The notes under the pieces were generated by a model that worked only from the letters and a program-made list of their open reading frames with translations, was not told the DNA's origin and did no database searches. The translations under genes were made by a program, and so were the position numbers. A stretch of 44,572 bases of DNA, the filler included, from Catajapyx aquilonaris (lineage: Eukaryota): assembly GCA_000934665.2 (NCBI GenBank). It is 2 parts of 2 records of this genome, joined end to end, with 100 filler letters (N's around TTAATTAATTAA, not from the genome) between each part and the next. Parts side by side here need not be neighbours in the genome. Positions count along the whole stretch, not along the records: positions 1 to 22,240 come from KZ539432.1; 1 more part is not named here. One strand, given 5' to 3'. How positions within the stretch are numbered: position 1 is the stretch's first letter; the number at the start of each line of letters is the position of its first letter. Below are positions 1-13,223 of this stretch, piece after piece.

Positions 1-687
1 CCAGTTTCCAAAGTTTTATCCTACATGTATGTACATATTCTGAAAGGCCAAGACCTCTACTTTCAGAAAGTGAAAACCAGAACACCCTATCTTGAATATA
101 CACCAAACAGTAGCCTTTTTTCAGAACCCTTGCAAGCGCTCGTTTTTGCTCGCCGCGGTGAAGAAAAATGGGTGTAAATCCAACATGGTGGCAGATAAAA
201 AATTAACAAAAATAGTTTTGAGCAAGTCAATATCAAGGCCACCTATGGTGAACATATAAAAAATTAACTAGATGGTCGAGCAACCACCCTGGCCCATTTC
301 ACATGGAATGACTCAATTTTCAATGCAGTACACTCACGGTCAGTACATTTCATTGCAAACAGCTAGGTACAGTACCTGTGGGAAAAAGTTGGTATGTGCA
401 AGCCCGTTTGTTTAAACCGTATTTTGACAATTAGCAATCACCTATTAGAGTTGCCTTCACTGTCACTCCAGATCTCCAGTACCAATACCAACTTATGATT
501 TGAGTGCAGATTGGCATGCTTTTAATCTGATAAATACGGCATTATTACAGACTCTTTAAAATCAGAGTATTTTCATGAACCACTAACAAATTGTTGCAGC
601 TAACACACCTTTACCAAATTTTAAGAAGCCTTTTAAAAAAACGATAATTCGGAACGTCTGACTCAATTCCCTCCATTACTACCTTAA

Positions 688-1533
688 CCTTGGAATCGTG
701 ACGTGCCTGAAAGTGACATTAATAGTGATGTAGGGTCCTTTAGGACGCCATGCCATATTTTAAGTTTTATTACTTTTTATATATATTATATTATATTATA
801 TTAATCCGGGGTAGTGCTGACCTCATCAGAGGTATGTAGCATGGACCTTTATTTATTTTTGTCGTGTACATCGGAGCCTTTATATGTAACGCCCGGGCCC
901 ACGGGCAGGATGACAGGAGGGGATGTGCAAGGTGCAGTGCAATGTCTTTATGTGGCCATTTTTAGTGAACTCCCCCGGGTGGTTTAGTCTGTGGATATAC
1001 CACCCGAGACGAAGCCAGAGGTGACCCTTGAACTCAGCACAAGATGAAGGGGGTGTCCCCGGGTTGGGATCGAACCCGGGACCTTAACATCCCTGGGCGC
1101 GTACGTTACCGCAGCACCACTTCGCCTCCCCTTAATTTTTATATAATACTTTTCAATGTATTGACTATATGCAATCATTCTTTAACCAATGCCTAAAATA
1201 ATCGCTAAAAGAAACATACATTTCCTGTTATATACTTTTTTTAAATGGCAACAGTTAATTTTTGTAGTGGAGAGTTTTCTTCCGTGTATGCAGGGAACCA
1301 TGACGTGGGGTCCTTTAGGACCCCACGAGAGCATGGGTCCAAAAACAATGACTTATCTACATTTTGGTAGGTGTGAAAATTATGAAACCGGATTTGATCC
1401 ATAAAATTAAGTTTTTTTTAGGAATACACCGAGTTTCAGGTATTAATTATCGTTTCAAGATCACTCTTTATGAAGCACTTTACATTTTTACTTCTTTTGG
1501 GGTCCTAAAAGACCCCACGTCACGGTTCCAGGG
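688..1533. mobile_element. piggyBac-like non-autonomous element containing a SINE
   Basis: TTAA on both sides; TIR CC(T/C)TGGAA(T/C)CGTGACGTG; internal GGGTCCTTTAGGAC repeats. Confidence 0.75.
779..1131 (-). mobile_element. tRNA-derived SINE, family 1
   Basis: A/B boxes (GTTCGATCC), AT-rich tail; closely matches the copy at 36687-37014. Confidence 0.88.
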
Positions 1534-4099
1534 TTAAGAAACTATAATAAAAAAAGTCGAGTTACAGTTAATTTTGTGGTTTGTGCCTTCTTTACAGGGA
1601 TAACACAATAACTTTTGTTTTCCAACGGAGAAACTTACATTTAAAAAATGGAAATATCCTGTCCATTTTGCTACCCCAGTAGCAACCCATGGTAGCCAAG
1701 TGTTATATAGAGGGCAGAAAATATTCCTAGCATTCTAGGAACAGTATTAACAAGTTAATAGTGTTATTATCTCCGAAGTTGCCTCACAAAAGATGCCTTT
1801 GCCATCTTCATAGGCATCTGGTACACTAAACGTACAGCAGTAGGAATAGCTTTTTTTCTCTAGTGTATGGCACTGTAAATATGACTGGTGACAAAAATGA
1901 GTTATATTGGGATCAGGTGTCTTTCACTGCGCTTGTTGTACGATAATGCATGATACTATGTGTTGACATTTCCGATGGAGATGTGGACAGAAGCAATGGG
2001 AAGTATTATGGAAACTATCTCGTTCATATTCACTGGATACGAGTCCTTGCCACTTACACTTGTTCTGCAGAATCCTACAGTAGCTGCACAAAAATAACAG
2101 CTTTGGGCAAAACTTCGGATAACTAAAAGGACCCCAATACTTGAAACACACTGTATCAAGCATAGTCATGTATATGTTACACTAAATCAAATATGCCAAT
2201 GTAGTAGTCAGTTGTTAAAAGAGTATCTTACCAGACTAGACCTAGAAATCAGCCTCAAACAGAGGTGCTGCCTTCCCCTGATGCAATTACTTGCACTCCC
2301 CCAGGCAGCACCTCTGTTGGAGGCTAATTTCTTGTTCAGGTCTGGTAAGATACTCCTTTAACTGACTACATGTAAATGGAACATGGCGTATGATGACATC
2401 ATACACCATGTTCCATTGCAATTTCATTGTCATTTCATGATCAATAGTAAAATTATATTTAAATTTTTCTATTTTTATTTTCTTTGGCATACCATTAGCA
2501 GGGATTAAGGTTGTGTAAGAGGTTGTGATGATTGCGAATTGGCGTGATCATGCAATTGAAGCTTATTATTTTTCTGTTATTTATCGCATGTGCACAGAAA
2601 GTGTCACTTTGTAAACCATTCTTCCTCTGTGTAAAAATAATTTTTAGATTGTGAATTAGCAACTACATCGTATGGTGTGTCCAAATGAAAAGGTGACGAG
2701 TGTTGTAGCACACACCCCCGGCATGATATAAAAAAAGCCAAGGTGTGCCTATTTGTTAATGGTTCCATACTTGCATTCCCATGTGAGTTCATGTGTATGA
2801 CATCAGGCATTCTTGAACATGAATTTTTGATAGCTAGCATGTAATTTTGCAACACAGTAACAAATTAGCAGTTGTTCCATATTTTAGTTTTTTACATTAT
2901 TATTTGTTGGCGATGCCTGTGTGACAGTACAACTTGATGTGCTGAAAATGACCTTTCTACATCACACAACACAACTGGATCACTCTTGAAAAGTTAAATG
3001 TCTTGTAGAGCCAGTTCATCCGGCATGTCTATAGGCTACAGCTTCTTCTCTTTTCACAGGTTGAAGCGGGAGGGATGACTTGAACGGAAAAGACGTAAAA
3101 ACTGCCAAAAAATTACGAAAAGGCATCAAAAAGGTGTAAATAGGCGCTTATAGGGCATTTAGGTCCCAACGTCTGAAATAGGCAATTTTAGGTTTTATAA
3201 AACTACGATTTTTGAGGTCCTTGTGTTATGAAATGGATGAATATTTTGGTTCCGGTGTTCTGCCTACAAAATAAAAAGTAGGTAAAGACCTAGAAATCCG
3301 TTCTTTGGTTATGCTAGTTCTGGTGATTTTACAGACGAGGGTGGCCAGTGAACCACGTCTGAATGTGATCCTTCTTATGCACATTTGTGAGCTGCACACG
3401 ATGGTGATAACAGTTTTTCGATTAAGACAAGTAAACAGCCACGATGGTGTCATACGTCCTAAAAAAAGCCTGCGATTGTTGGTTCGATATGTGCGGAATT
3501 GCCCCTCAGTTTTGGGGCAAAAACAAGGGTCTATCAATGTGCAATGCCAAAGAAGCCATCTACCACTAATGCATATGAAAATGCAGTGGAAGTGGCAATA
3601 AGTTACATGCACAAACATGAAGTTATCTTGAATTTCATTTGTTCTCTGAGAGTTTTCCCCCCAACACTGCCTGCAACATTGCCACATAACATTAACTACT
3701 GGTACCTTTAACCATACACTACTTGTTTTCACCATGGTTGAGAATGTGTCAAATCATTACTGGACGAGGCTCATTACATTACAGAAGTTCCGAGGTTACC
3801 AGACTTAACAGAATGGTAAAACCAAGGTATTGCATCTTCACATCTTGCAATCAATGCATCTGTCAAGGGACCATGTCTCACTACCACACAGGTTCAAGGG
3901 AATGACAATGAGTATACAAAATTCAATAACTTTTTAAGACACTTGTACCTGTATTTCTAGTTTATCATATATTTCTTTCACATGATAATTGTCTGGTTTC
4001 CCTTTCAAAAATAGGCGCTCTGGATAGACTTAATTCTTTGCCTAAAAGAATAAATATTTTTGAGTAATAATTTGCTTCCCCAAACATTTCAGATATCTC

Positions 4100-4179
4100 C
4101 TACGATGTTCCAACTTTGGCCTTGGGTACCTGTAATTCCACTGATGATAATGATGGGACTAGTAGCTCCATTTCTTCAT
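4100..4179 (-). CDS. CTPS: CTP synthase terminal exon 8 (C-terminal tail, TAG stop)
   Basis: Polypyrimidine acceptor tgtttcttcccacag, correct phase, DEEMELLVPSLSSVELQVPKAKVGTS*; total CDS 1800 nt. The tail is poorly conserved, so support is mainly from splice signals. Confidence 0.75.
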
Positions 4180-4694
4180 CTGTGGGAAGAAACAACAGTG
4201 AGCATCACAGTGCGACCAGAGAAGTGAAAATAGGCAATATAGCACATTCTACAATACATTTGGCCTAAAATATTGGACACAAAAATTATGGTACACTGTA
4301 TATCAGTAGTACAGTAAAAAAGAGCACATCACACATACAGTATGTTGCTAGGATTGCAGCATGTGTGCAGGGCATTGGAAACAAAAAACTCCACAACATG
4401 CATATCACAATTTACTGCAAAGCAACCATTTGCAATGAACTGTTAAACTGTGCAGTTAAAAGGAAACACAGTCCACAACAGCCATAAGAAGTGGTATCAG
4501 TCGGCATTTTATTTCATGTCATTGTGCTTGCTTATGTTCCAACTCACATATTTGATTTAGTTACTCCAACAACCCCTTCACCATACTTATACTTTTGACT
4601 ACTTCCAGAATGGCTTGATTAAGCTCTAAGCCTACAGACTTGACAGTGCCTTGTAGAGCTTGCTATAGCTTGCTAACGGAGAGGAAGACCATAC

Positions 4695-5018
4695 CTGAAT
4701 CTCCACAGCTGAGTAACTCTCTTGGTGAGAAGGAGCATCCCCTGGCCAGGTAAGAGTTGAGCTTGTCAGATGCAGCTAGGATGAGCCCCACATATGGTGG
4801 GGAAGGTTTGAGAGGGCGGCTCTGGTACTCTGGATGGAACTGCACCCCAACAAAGTAGGGGTGCCCCGTCAGCTCAACACACTCCATACGCTGTCCACTC
4901 TCATCAGTTCCCACAAATGATAGGCCTGCATTCTCAAGGCTTTCCAAAAACCCAGGGTTCACCTCGTAGCGGTGGCGGTGACGCTCGTCAACATGGGCAA
5001 CACCACCATAGAGTTGGC
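4695..5018 (-). CDS. CTPS: CTP synthase exon 7 (catalytic His/Glu)
   Basis: [11 protein letters not shown]...[12 protein letters not shown]; cag/GTATGG; 324 nt. Confidence 0.97.
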
Positions 5019-5102
5019 CTGCAATGCAATTAATTTACCAGCATACGAGCTGTACTCTAGTGGGTCAATCCTAGGGGGATATCTATGGGGTGAGTTTTAG
5101 TA

Positions 5103-5264
5103 CAGTGTTGGACATTAATTGAGTCATATTGCTAGCGACATTTTCCGAAGCGGCAGAAGAACGAATCTTGCTTGCACAGCTTGCACAATCCATATCTTTG
5201 ATTCCTTCTTCTGCCGCTTAGGAAAATGTCGCTAGCAATATGACTCGATTAATGTCCAACACTG
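5103..5264. mobile_element. Tc1/mariner-type MITE
   Basis: TA TSD; ~55-bp TIR CAGTGTTGGACATTAAT...ATTAATGTCCAACACTG. Confidence 0.88.
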
Positions 5265-6219
5265 TACCTGTGGCCCTAGCATGCCTTGCAAGATATGTCA
5301 TGAAAGAGCAGTAATTACAGGGTAGTCAAACAAGATGGAAAAAAACCAGGGGATTTTTTGTGTTCTCCACAAAATTGGAGAGTGATTGGTGACATTATTC
5401 ACCATACATGTTATCCTCTCCATGTTCTATCAACACTCGTGAGGTGGTAGAGTTGGAAATCAGAGCTAGAGCTGACGCAGCAATATCAACATGACAGCAT
5501 CCAATGGGAGGATGCAAAAGGTGTTTCAGCAGATTGAAACATGTTTCAGGTCTCATTGAATTGCTGCTTTGCCTGTCTGCTCTACTCTTGACCTGCGGTT
5601 GTACCACTGAAGCTCAGCAATGCCCAGAGGAAGGCTAATGACAGGATGACTGGAATTCACATGCCTTCCACCATTGCAGTTTCCTTCTCCTGGTAGTGGT
5701 ACTAAAGGAAAGTTTTGGTCCTTTGGCTAAGATGGGTCCCAAATATTTTTAAAAATCCACAGATTCCAAATAATTATGTATTCAGTCAGTTTTGTTAAAA
5801 AATATAGCAAGTGTAAAATTTCATGTAAGATATTATTTTTGAACATCAACACCAATCCCAGCTTTTAAGGACTATATCTGGTGACTCCCTCAGTAGAGGG
5901 AGGAAAAACAAACTGGCAAAGCAAGGCAAAATGACCGTGTTCAGAGTCAAGTGTGGTGAAATGTGAATCCTCAGGTTCTCACCCTGAATGGACCCCTGGT
6001 GCCAAAGGTCTTGAGACGGCATAGAGGGGTTAGGTTAGAGCATGGAGAGGAGATGGAGGGGGCAAGTAACCTAACCATGCAATGATTCTCATGGGATGTT
6101 TTTAACTAATAATAATGGACACTGTAATGGAGGGTCATAATTTAAACCAAAAATATACATTCGTCATCAGTCATGTCAGCAAGCTACTAATAAGGACAAT
6201 GCACATTTCATGGGCTTAC

Positions 6220-6501
6220 GCAAAATGCTGGCCTTCTGCTGAAACACAGTTCTCCTCCTGCCAAGCCTCATGGTCCCTCCCATGTCCCCTGGATTATGTT
6301 CTGGCATGTCCACCACCACAGGGTTAGGTGTTGCCTCATGAAATTCAGTGGAGTTGGCATCCTCCAGCCTCAGAACATGTCGGGAAAATTCCACCACAGC
6401 CACCTGCATTCCCAGGCACACCCCCAGGTAGGGCCTTTGGTTTTCACGGCACCACCGAGCAGCTGCAATCTTACCATCAAGACCTCTTCGACCAAAACCA
6501 C
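6220..6501 (-). CDS. CTPS: CTP synthase exon 6 (glutaminase domain, catalytic Cys)
   Basis: GGFGRRG...LGVCLGMQ...MGGTMRLG; cag/GTAAGC; 282 nt. Confidence 0.97.
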
Positions 6502-7247
6502 CTGGGAAAGCAAAACATATACTCAGGCATTACCAAAATATTACATTTGCATTTTTTCAAGAACACTGTTTTGAAAATAGGCTATGACAAATAATGCTTG
6601 TCCATATACAGGGTGTTCGAAATTTCCTCCTCTTGTTATGGTCCCAAGAAAACTCCTTTCGACCTGCATCTTTGGTTCATTAGGTGCGCCTTTACTTGAA
6701 GATTTTAATGCTAGTGCCAGCTCAAAAACTACAAAAAATGACGATAGCTGCTTTTGGCAGCCATCTGCTCATATGCAATTTCTGAAAGTTTCATGCCACC
6801 AGGTATGAGCTTACTCTCCTTCTGGACTAGTCATACATATTTATGTATGGGTCACATGGTCTGCATCCTACACATTCAGTGGAAATACCGTAGTGCACAA
6901 ATGCCATTTAATTTTTGCTTGAACGCATTGTTTTCTGCTTCTGTAGTTTTATTAGTTTTCTGTTTCTCTCCTGCCTATGAGCATGCTTTGAATGTCAAAC
7001 TAAATATGGAGACAGTCCTTTCATACTTGACAGGAGAAAGACTCTTCGTTTTGTGGATGTTAATTCTTTCTCCTTGCCTCATCTCTCCGCTCCCTCCCCA
7101 AGCCTTAAAGAGAACCACCACCCTTCCTACTTTCTCCCAACCTCCTTGCTTTTTACATGCTGACAGCACCAGCCTCCCTCTTGCTGCCTAACACCATCGA
7201 AACTGGCTAAACAGATGAGATAATAGAAGACTGTCAGTTATTTGTAA

Positions 7248-7890
7248 GGGCCAGTTCACACGGGGCCACTTCAGATCGGCACCACAGCCACTGCCTTGGT
7301 ACTCCTTCTATTGAAAATGAAGAAAATATGCAGGCAAGACCGGACAATTCACGTTCATTCTTTATTTCTTGAAAGGTCGTCGAAAGGACTGTACCATACA
7401 CTATACCAAGATCTGAGGCAAGATGATTTTTTTGGGGTATTTTCAGCAACTAATGCGTCCCAAATACCGGTATGGGCCTCGACTTCACATATGAAGTCTT
7501 CCACATTAATTTCCTTCACTAATTGACCAATCCACAGTGGTAAACTGCGCTTTCCTCCCGGCATGGTGAACTAGCATGTACATATGACTGGACATGTGGG
7601 AGATGTGAATGGTCTGTGACAGTGGCTCCATGTGCATGCACCAATACAAAGCAATGGTCCGTTCCCTAGTGGCCTGGGGCCTTGAGCGCTTGCAGACACC
7701 GAGACGCTAGGGCCTGCCACTCAGTCGTGTGGTCGAGCAACTCTCATGCCACTCTGGGGCCACAGACGCCTACCCTCGCCACTGCTGTGGCCACGTGTGT
7801 ATGCTCTCATTTAATCCTGTGTATTTCCAAAGGTGACCATTGGCTGTGGCGTGCGTCCACCACAAAAAGTGGCCTTGTGTGAACCGGCAC
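7248..7890 (-). mobile_element. Deleted PIF/Harbinger-like element with a MADF/Myb-like ORF relic
   Basis: TIR GGGCCAGTTCACAC / GTGTGAACCGGCAC; relic INVEDFICEVEAHTGIWD (7355-7564) resembles a MADF N-terminus. Confidence 0.6.
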
Positions 7891-8035
7891 AAACTCCTAT
7901 GACAGCAATCTTGACTTTGACAATAACACCTCTATAGCAGATGCACTTTCCAAATAATATGATGTAACAGTCTAGAAAGTGACAATGACAAAACTACACC
8001 AAGGACTATACACACAAAATAACACACGAACATAC

Positions 8036-8594
8036 CTGGAACAATAATTCCCTGAGCATTGCACAACTGCCTCCAGGCCTCATGGTATGCAACAGGGTCA
8101 CTTTTCTTGGTGTCAGGCTCCAAATCTGTAGCAGATATGGAGGTGAGGTTGAGTCGTAGGTTGGCTGCAAGTGAGGCATGCTGCAGGGCCTTGATAACCG
8201 ATGCATAGGCATCGTCCAGTTGAGTGTACTTCCCAACCAAACTGATTCTGACTTCATTGCAGAGACGATCATGTCTGTCTGCTAGGTCACGCCACTGTGC
8301 CATAGCTCTGCGGGGCAATGGGGCACACAAGTTGAGATGTAGCCTCTCCTGTAGGAACTCCACAGCCCCCTGCTCATGCAAAGCAAGAGGCACTCGGTAG
8401 ATGGAACTGCAGTCAGCAATGCACATAACTTGATCTGGTTCTACATGGCAGAAATTCGATATCTTTTCTTGCACAGAGCGGTCAACTGGGTTCTCACTGC
8501 GGCACACTATTAGGTCAGGGCTGATGCCCAGGCCACGCAGTTCACGAACAGATGCTTGGGTTGGTTTCGTTTTGTGTTCGCCAGTTGCACGTGG
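8036..8594 (-). CDS. CTPS: CTP synthase exon 5
   Basis: GEHKTKPTQASVRELRGLGISPDLIVCRS...LVGKYT...YHEAW (His of the filament interface)...GIIVPG; cag/GTATGT; 559 nt. Confidence 0.97.
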
Positions 8595-9459
8595 CTGCAA
8601 CAATATTACAACAATTCAACTCTCTTCATCAATATGATTACCTTTATTGCTGCTATGCGTTGCACTCAAACAACCACAGCATTTACTCCTACAAGCAATT
8701 GTTTTCCCACTACTGCCAAATAGATGAAATTCATGCCTGTTGCAAGACTCCAACAAGTTAATTACAATAATTTAGATGCTCTTTCTGTTCCAACATGAAT
8801 ATGCAAGACATTGTACATTGATGTTGAGATGAGACACCTGCACTTCTCCAGTGAACTAATTTGAATTCATTAATGAAATTAGTCAAGTCATTTCTGCAGC
8901 ATGAATATAGAGTCGAGATGCTAGTGAATATTTGCATTTTATCAGAGACTCCAGCGGTTTTCCAGTGAACTCTCCCAGGATTTGAAATGTTATCTTCATC
9001 TTTTTGGCTGTGATAATAGTACACTACAATAGTGGACATTAATGGTTCTATACTGGCAGCAAAAAAGCGAATTGCAGAGATGAATTAGCCACCAATAAAT
9101 CACTTTGATTAGCTCTTTCGATACTAGCAGCTTGTGGCACCACACCACTAATGTCCAGCACTGTACATGATGTCAAGCAAAGGCAGGTCCCTCATATCAT
9201 TACACAAATTGGTTGAATATCATATTTTTGATTCACCCAACCAGTTGATGATTGAACTTGTAAAACCCTACAGAAGGTAAAACTTTACTCACATATGCTT
9301 TAGAAAACTGTTCATGAATCAATTTAAGCCCAGGTAGTCACAAGTGGGAAGGAAAGGGTAGGGAGCTCAACTTGTAAACCAACTCTGCATTGTAGGTAAA
9401 CTGAGTTCAAGAATAATGCAAGTGGCAATATAACATATTATGCAATACTTGCTATTTAC

Positions 9460-9591
9460 CTGTGGAACCAAGGACACGTGAATGTTACAGAAATTTTCCT
9501 TCTTAACACGGAACTGAAATTGTCGAAAAGCTTCCACAAAAGGCATCCCTTCAATGTCGCCAATGGTCCCTCCTTGCTCAATGATACACAC
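9460..9591 (-). CDS. CTPS: CTP synthase exon 4
   Basis: [27 protein letters not shown]...HVSLVPQ; cag/GTAAAT; 132 nt. Confidence 0.96.
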
Positions 9592-10684
9592 CTGCAATAA
9601 AATATAACCTTGTAAAATATTCCACAAAAAGATAATCTTAAAAATAAAAGTCACAGCTCGACATCCCCTGATACTTCTAATTATTTTAAGAAAAAACGTC
9701 TAACTCCAAGGTTTAAATGATAACCAAAGAAAGGATTTCTAGATTAGAACACATTGTCAACCATTTGCAAGACTCAAGGTGCTTTGTGACTGGTTGTCAT
9801 TCACAATGTGACCCAGACATTTAAAATGTGCAGGTGATAGCAAAAATCCTGACTTATCACTTTTGTCACTGGATAAGGAAAAGAATGTTACAGGTTCATC
9901 TGTCACAGATAAAATCACCATCCTGACAGTTTCATGCAGACAGATAAAAACATCAACGAGAAAAACTTTCAATAAGACATCATTCTTCCTTGCATATGGG
10001 GTGTATCAGAGTAACGGGTCAAGCGTGCAAGGGGTTGCGTAGAAAAATCGTAGGTGGCGATAACCCTGGTCAGTTTTATAAAACAGTTAGCATTAAGGTA
10101 GTAATCGATTTTTTTCTTCCCCTATGACATCACATCCTTTCTGTTTGAATTGAAAGGCAGGTGCTGCGCGTAGAGAGGCTCTCTAGCCATGCGGGTTGCA
10201 CTGAACAAGGCGCTCTCATGCTATCCCACGCAAAGCATGGGGCCGTGCTTAGGCCTCAGCAACTCCTCTCACAACCTGCCCATGCAGCGGTGCATCGGGA
10301 AAAGGCGGAGGATGTCGAGCACAGGTCTCTAGACAGGCATACTGGATAGTCCTCATCCTCATCGAAAAATCGCGAAAAACGTTTCCTGTGGTGGACAGAC
10401 GGATGCATGAGGCCAGTACATTGCCAGGCAAGTGAGATACAGCAGGTACGTACAGTAGTACAGTGTGTTGTACACCTGTACTGTAACAGTAATGTATCGC
10501 ACATCATGACAGGTGCCCCTCGTACTGCATTTACCATGGCCCTGGAGGAAGACGTTCTGGACATGGTAGCCACAGATCCATAGATCAGCACCCGTGAAGT
10601 TGGTCGTAGAGTGGACAACAGTCATTCCAATGTGTGCAGGATCATCCATGAGAGCATCTGAGCGAATGGGCACCAGTTCCAGCA

Positions 10685-11464
10685 ATATAATATTATTATT
10701 ATAATAACGGATACCCCGTGACAGGCCTTGGGCCTCTCAGGGGATCTTCTTTTCGTGAACTGACTTTAATCATTAGGGTCATTCCTATGTGCCACAGGGA
10801 TCATGAACCTTACCCCCGAAAAACGCGATTGGGGTGTTCCCACATGCCCTTCCTCCACCCGAACGCGTTTACGAAGGTGACTGTGGCAGCCAACTTGCAG
10901 AAGTTGACTGCCAGGTTCCGAGTCATGTTCCTGACGTCACTCCCCCCTCCGGACCGGCTCTTAGCAGAGCAACATGACGGCTCTCTGCTTGGCCCCGTCT
11001 GCCCCCACACTCTGCAGGCAGCCAGGACCTGTGTAATAGCGTAGATAGCATGCCTCCATGCTATTACAGCCAGACCTATCGTAGAGTCACCTGTGCCTTT
11101 GTCCGGGAGCCGAAGCGAGAGTCATTTTTTCGCCAGGTAGGTGGGCGTGGTTCCAGACGACTCCACCAAAGATCACGAAAAGTACGTGGCCCGTGGAAAC
11201 AGTCACCAAACGATCCTGATTGTGCACCTCAGAAACGTGGTTCAAGATCGAGATTTTGTGGCACGTGGGAATGACCCTATTGCCTTCGTGTGATGGATTT
11301 TGATTGCGGGAAATGGGAGAACCCCGAGAAAACCCACGCGAACACGGAGAGAACCCATCGAAACTCTATCCACATAAGTATCCTCTGCGTGACCCGGGGA
11401 TCGAACTCGGGACCTTAGAGGTGGAAGGCTGTGGCACTAACCACTCCGCCACCGTGTCACCCGT
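10685..11464 (-). mobile_element. tRNA-derived SINE with a V-domain-like core
   Basis: A box TGGCGGAGTGG, B box GTTCGATCC; (TAA)n tail; 14-bp TSD CAC(C/T)AGTTCCAGCA; the empty site is present in copy B. Confidence 0.85.
10775..11278. mobile_element. MITE nested in the SINE
   Basis: TIR AGGGTCATTCCTATGTGCCAC / GTGGCACGTGGGAATGACCCT; TSD is ATT or TA (ambiguous). Confidence 0.75.
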
Positions 11465-12403
11465 CACTAGTTCCAGCATTTTCTGGAGTCACGGTATGCG
11501 TACAGTACGTATACCGACTTCACGGGCGCTGATCGATGGATCCATGGCTACCATGACCAGAACGTCGTCCTCCATTGCCATGGTACGTGTGGTACGAGGG
11601 GCACCTGTCATGATGTGCGATACAGTACTGTTACAGTACCATACACTACTGTACACAGGCATTATCCAGCCAGTGTGTAGTGCTGTACTACAGTACATGT
11701 GTACAACACACTTACGTACCTGCCGTATGTCGCCTGCTTCGCAATGTACTGGCCTCACGCAGCTGTCTGTCCACCGCAAGAAACATTTTTCGCGATTTTT
11801 CGACGAGGATGACATCTACCCGGTATGCATGCGGTCATGCCTCCCTGTCCAGAGACCTGTGCTTGACATCCTCCGCCATTTCCCGGTGCACCGCTGGGCA
11901 GGTCACGACGAGGAGTTGGCGAGACCCAAGGACGGCCCCATGCTTTGTGCGGGATAGCATGAGAGCGCCTTGTTCAATGCAACCTGCAAGGCTCAAGAGC
12001 CGCTCTACGCATGGCATCCGCCTTTCAATTCAAAGAGAAAGGATGTGACGTCATGGCGAAATAAAAAATCGATTACTACCTTAATGCTAACTGTTTTATA
12101 AAACCGACAGGGGTTATGGTCACCTACGATTTTTCCACACCCCCTCTTGACCCATTACTCTGATACACCTGTATATGAGATCCCTTTAGGGCCACTTGCA
12201 TGTTCAATGGTAAATCTATAACTAATGGTTGATCCATGTTAGTCACACAAGTTTAATAACTTGTCCTGGATTTACTATGGATCATGCAACCAACCCTCAG
12301 ACACTGACAAAAAAATCATACCATTGCATTGCATTGATTGTCTATTATCTTGGGGTGAATTTTCCACCCAAAATATTAATCAGAAACGAAATCTCTGACC
12401 AAC

Positions 12404-12489
12404 CTCTGGTTCCAATCCATCAGGAGTCACTACCTGCCTGGCCACTCTTTCCACCCATTCCTGAATCGCATCTGTTATGTGTGGCACCA
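12404..12489 (-). CDS. CTPS: CTP synthase exon 3
   Basis: VVPHITDAIQEWVERVARQVVTPDGLEPE; cag/GTTGGT; 86 nt, phase-compatible. Confidence 0.95.
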
Positions 12490-12791
12490 CTGTAATTAAA
12501 AAGTCCATCACTCTAACTTGCTTTAGACTACAGAAAAATAAGTAAGGCATGCAGCCCAAGCAAATTAGTAAGAGTCTGCTGGCAGCATCATCCTGCATTT
12601 GCTTTGCACAATGACAAGCTGGGGAAACACACCATTGCTATACTAGCAGTTTGCTATTATGTTATGATCCTGCTCCTAGGTTGTATACTTTCATGCTTTC
12701 CAAATGGTCTAGTGAACCACATGTGACAAAGGACTGTTGTCCAGCTGCTGTGTGTCCATCATCTTGCCACATCTCTTACAATGTCAATTAC

Positions 12792-12962
12792 CTTGAACAG
12801 TCTTTCCAAGATAATCCCCTTTTCTCTCACGGCTGATCACTTGCTGGTAAATTTTCCCAGTGGTAATATTGTTATCTGAGTGCAGGGTGACATCCAAGAA
12901 ACGTTCATAATTTCCAAGGTCCAGATCAACCTCACCTCCATCAGCAAGTACAAAAACTTCAC
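12792..12962 (-). CDS. CTPS: CTP synthase exon 2
   Basis: [23 protein letters not shown]...[24 protein letters not shown]; tag/GTAATT; 171 nt; absent from the ORF track. Confidence 0.97.
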
Positions 12963-13057
12963 CTAAAACAATTCCACATCAATCAATCTCTTGCCTTTTA
13001 TAATTCCAGTATATAATTACAGTTAACGATCAATTAATTCTAGCCACATTATCTTAC

Positions 13058-13223
13058 CGTGCTCGTAAGGAGAGAAAGTTCCAGCATCAATGTTGATGTA
13101 AGGATCTATCTTGATAGAGGTGACCCTCATGCCACAGCATTTCAGAATGGTGCCCAGAGAGCTGGCGATGACTCCTTTGCCAATCCCACTGATAACACCA
13201 CCAGTCACAAGGATGTATTTCAT
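13058..13223 (-). CDS. CTPS: CTP synthase coding exon 1 of 8
   Basis: [17 protein letters not shown]...[19 protein letters not shown]; acceptor ttccag 4 nt before the ATG, donor GTAAGA; 166 nt. Confidence 0.97.

Larger units (their letters stand above)
9997..12171. mobile_element. Foldback Tc1/IS630-type non-autonomous element (copy A) with a nested SINE and MITE
   Basis: TA flanks; TIR GGGTGTATCAGAGTAACGGGTCAAG; ~650-bp inverted arms; same family as 26364-27879. Confidence 0.9.

Noticed and set aside
800..835. CTGATGAG on the minus strand as a hammerhead ribozyme core
   Set aside because: No stem II followed by GAAA, and the motif is not conserved in the second SINE copy
1924..3905. Short ORFs downstream of CTPS
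   Set aside because: No recognisable motifs or consistent splice structure; probably 3' UTR, intergenic DNA or decayed repeats
10161..12048. Numerous 60-217 aa ORFs recurring at 26497-27801
   Set aside because: By-products of the foldback repeats; only a fragmented transposase N-terminus is meaningful
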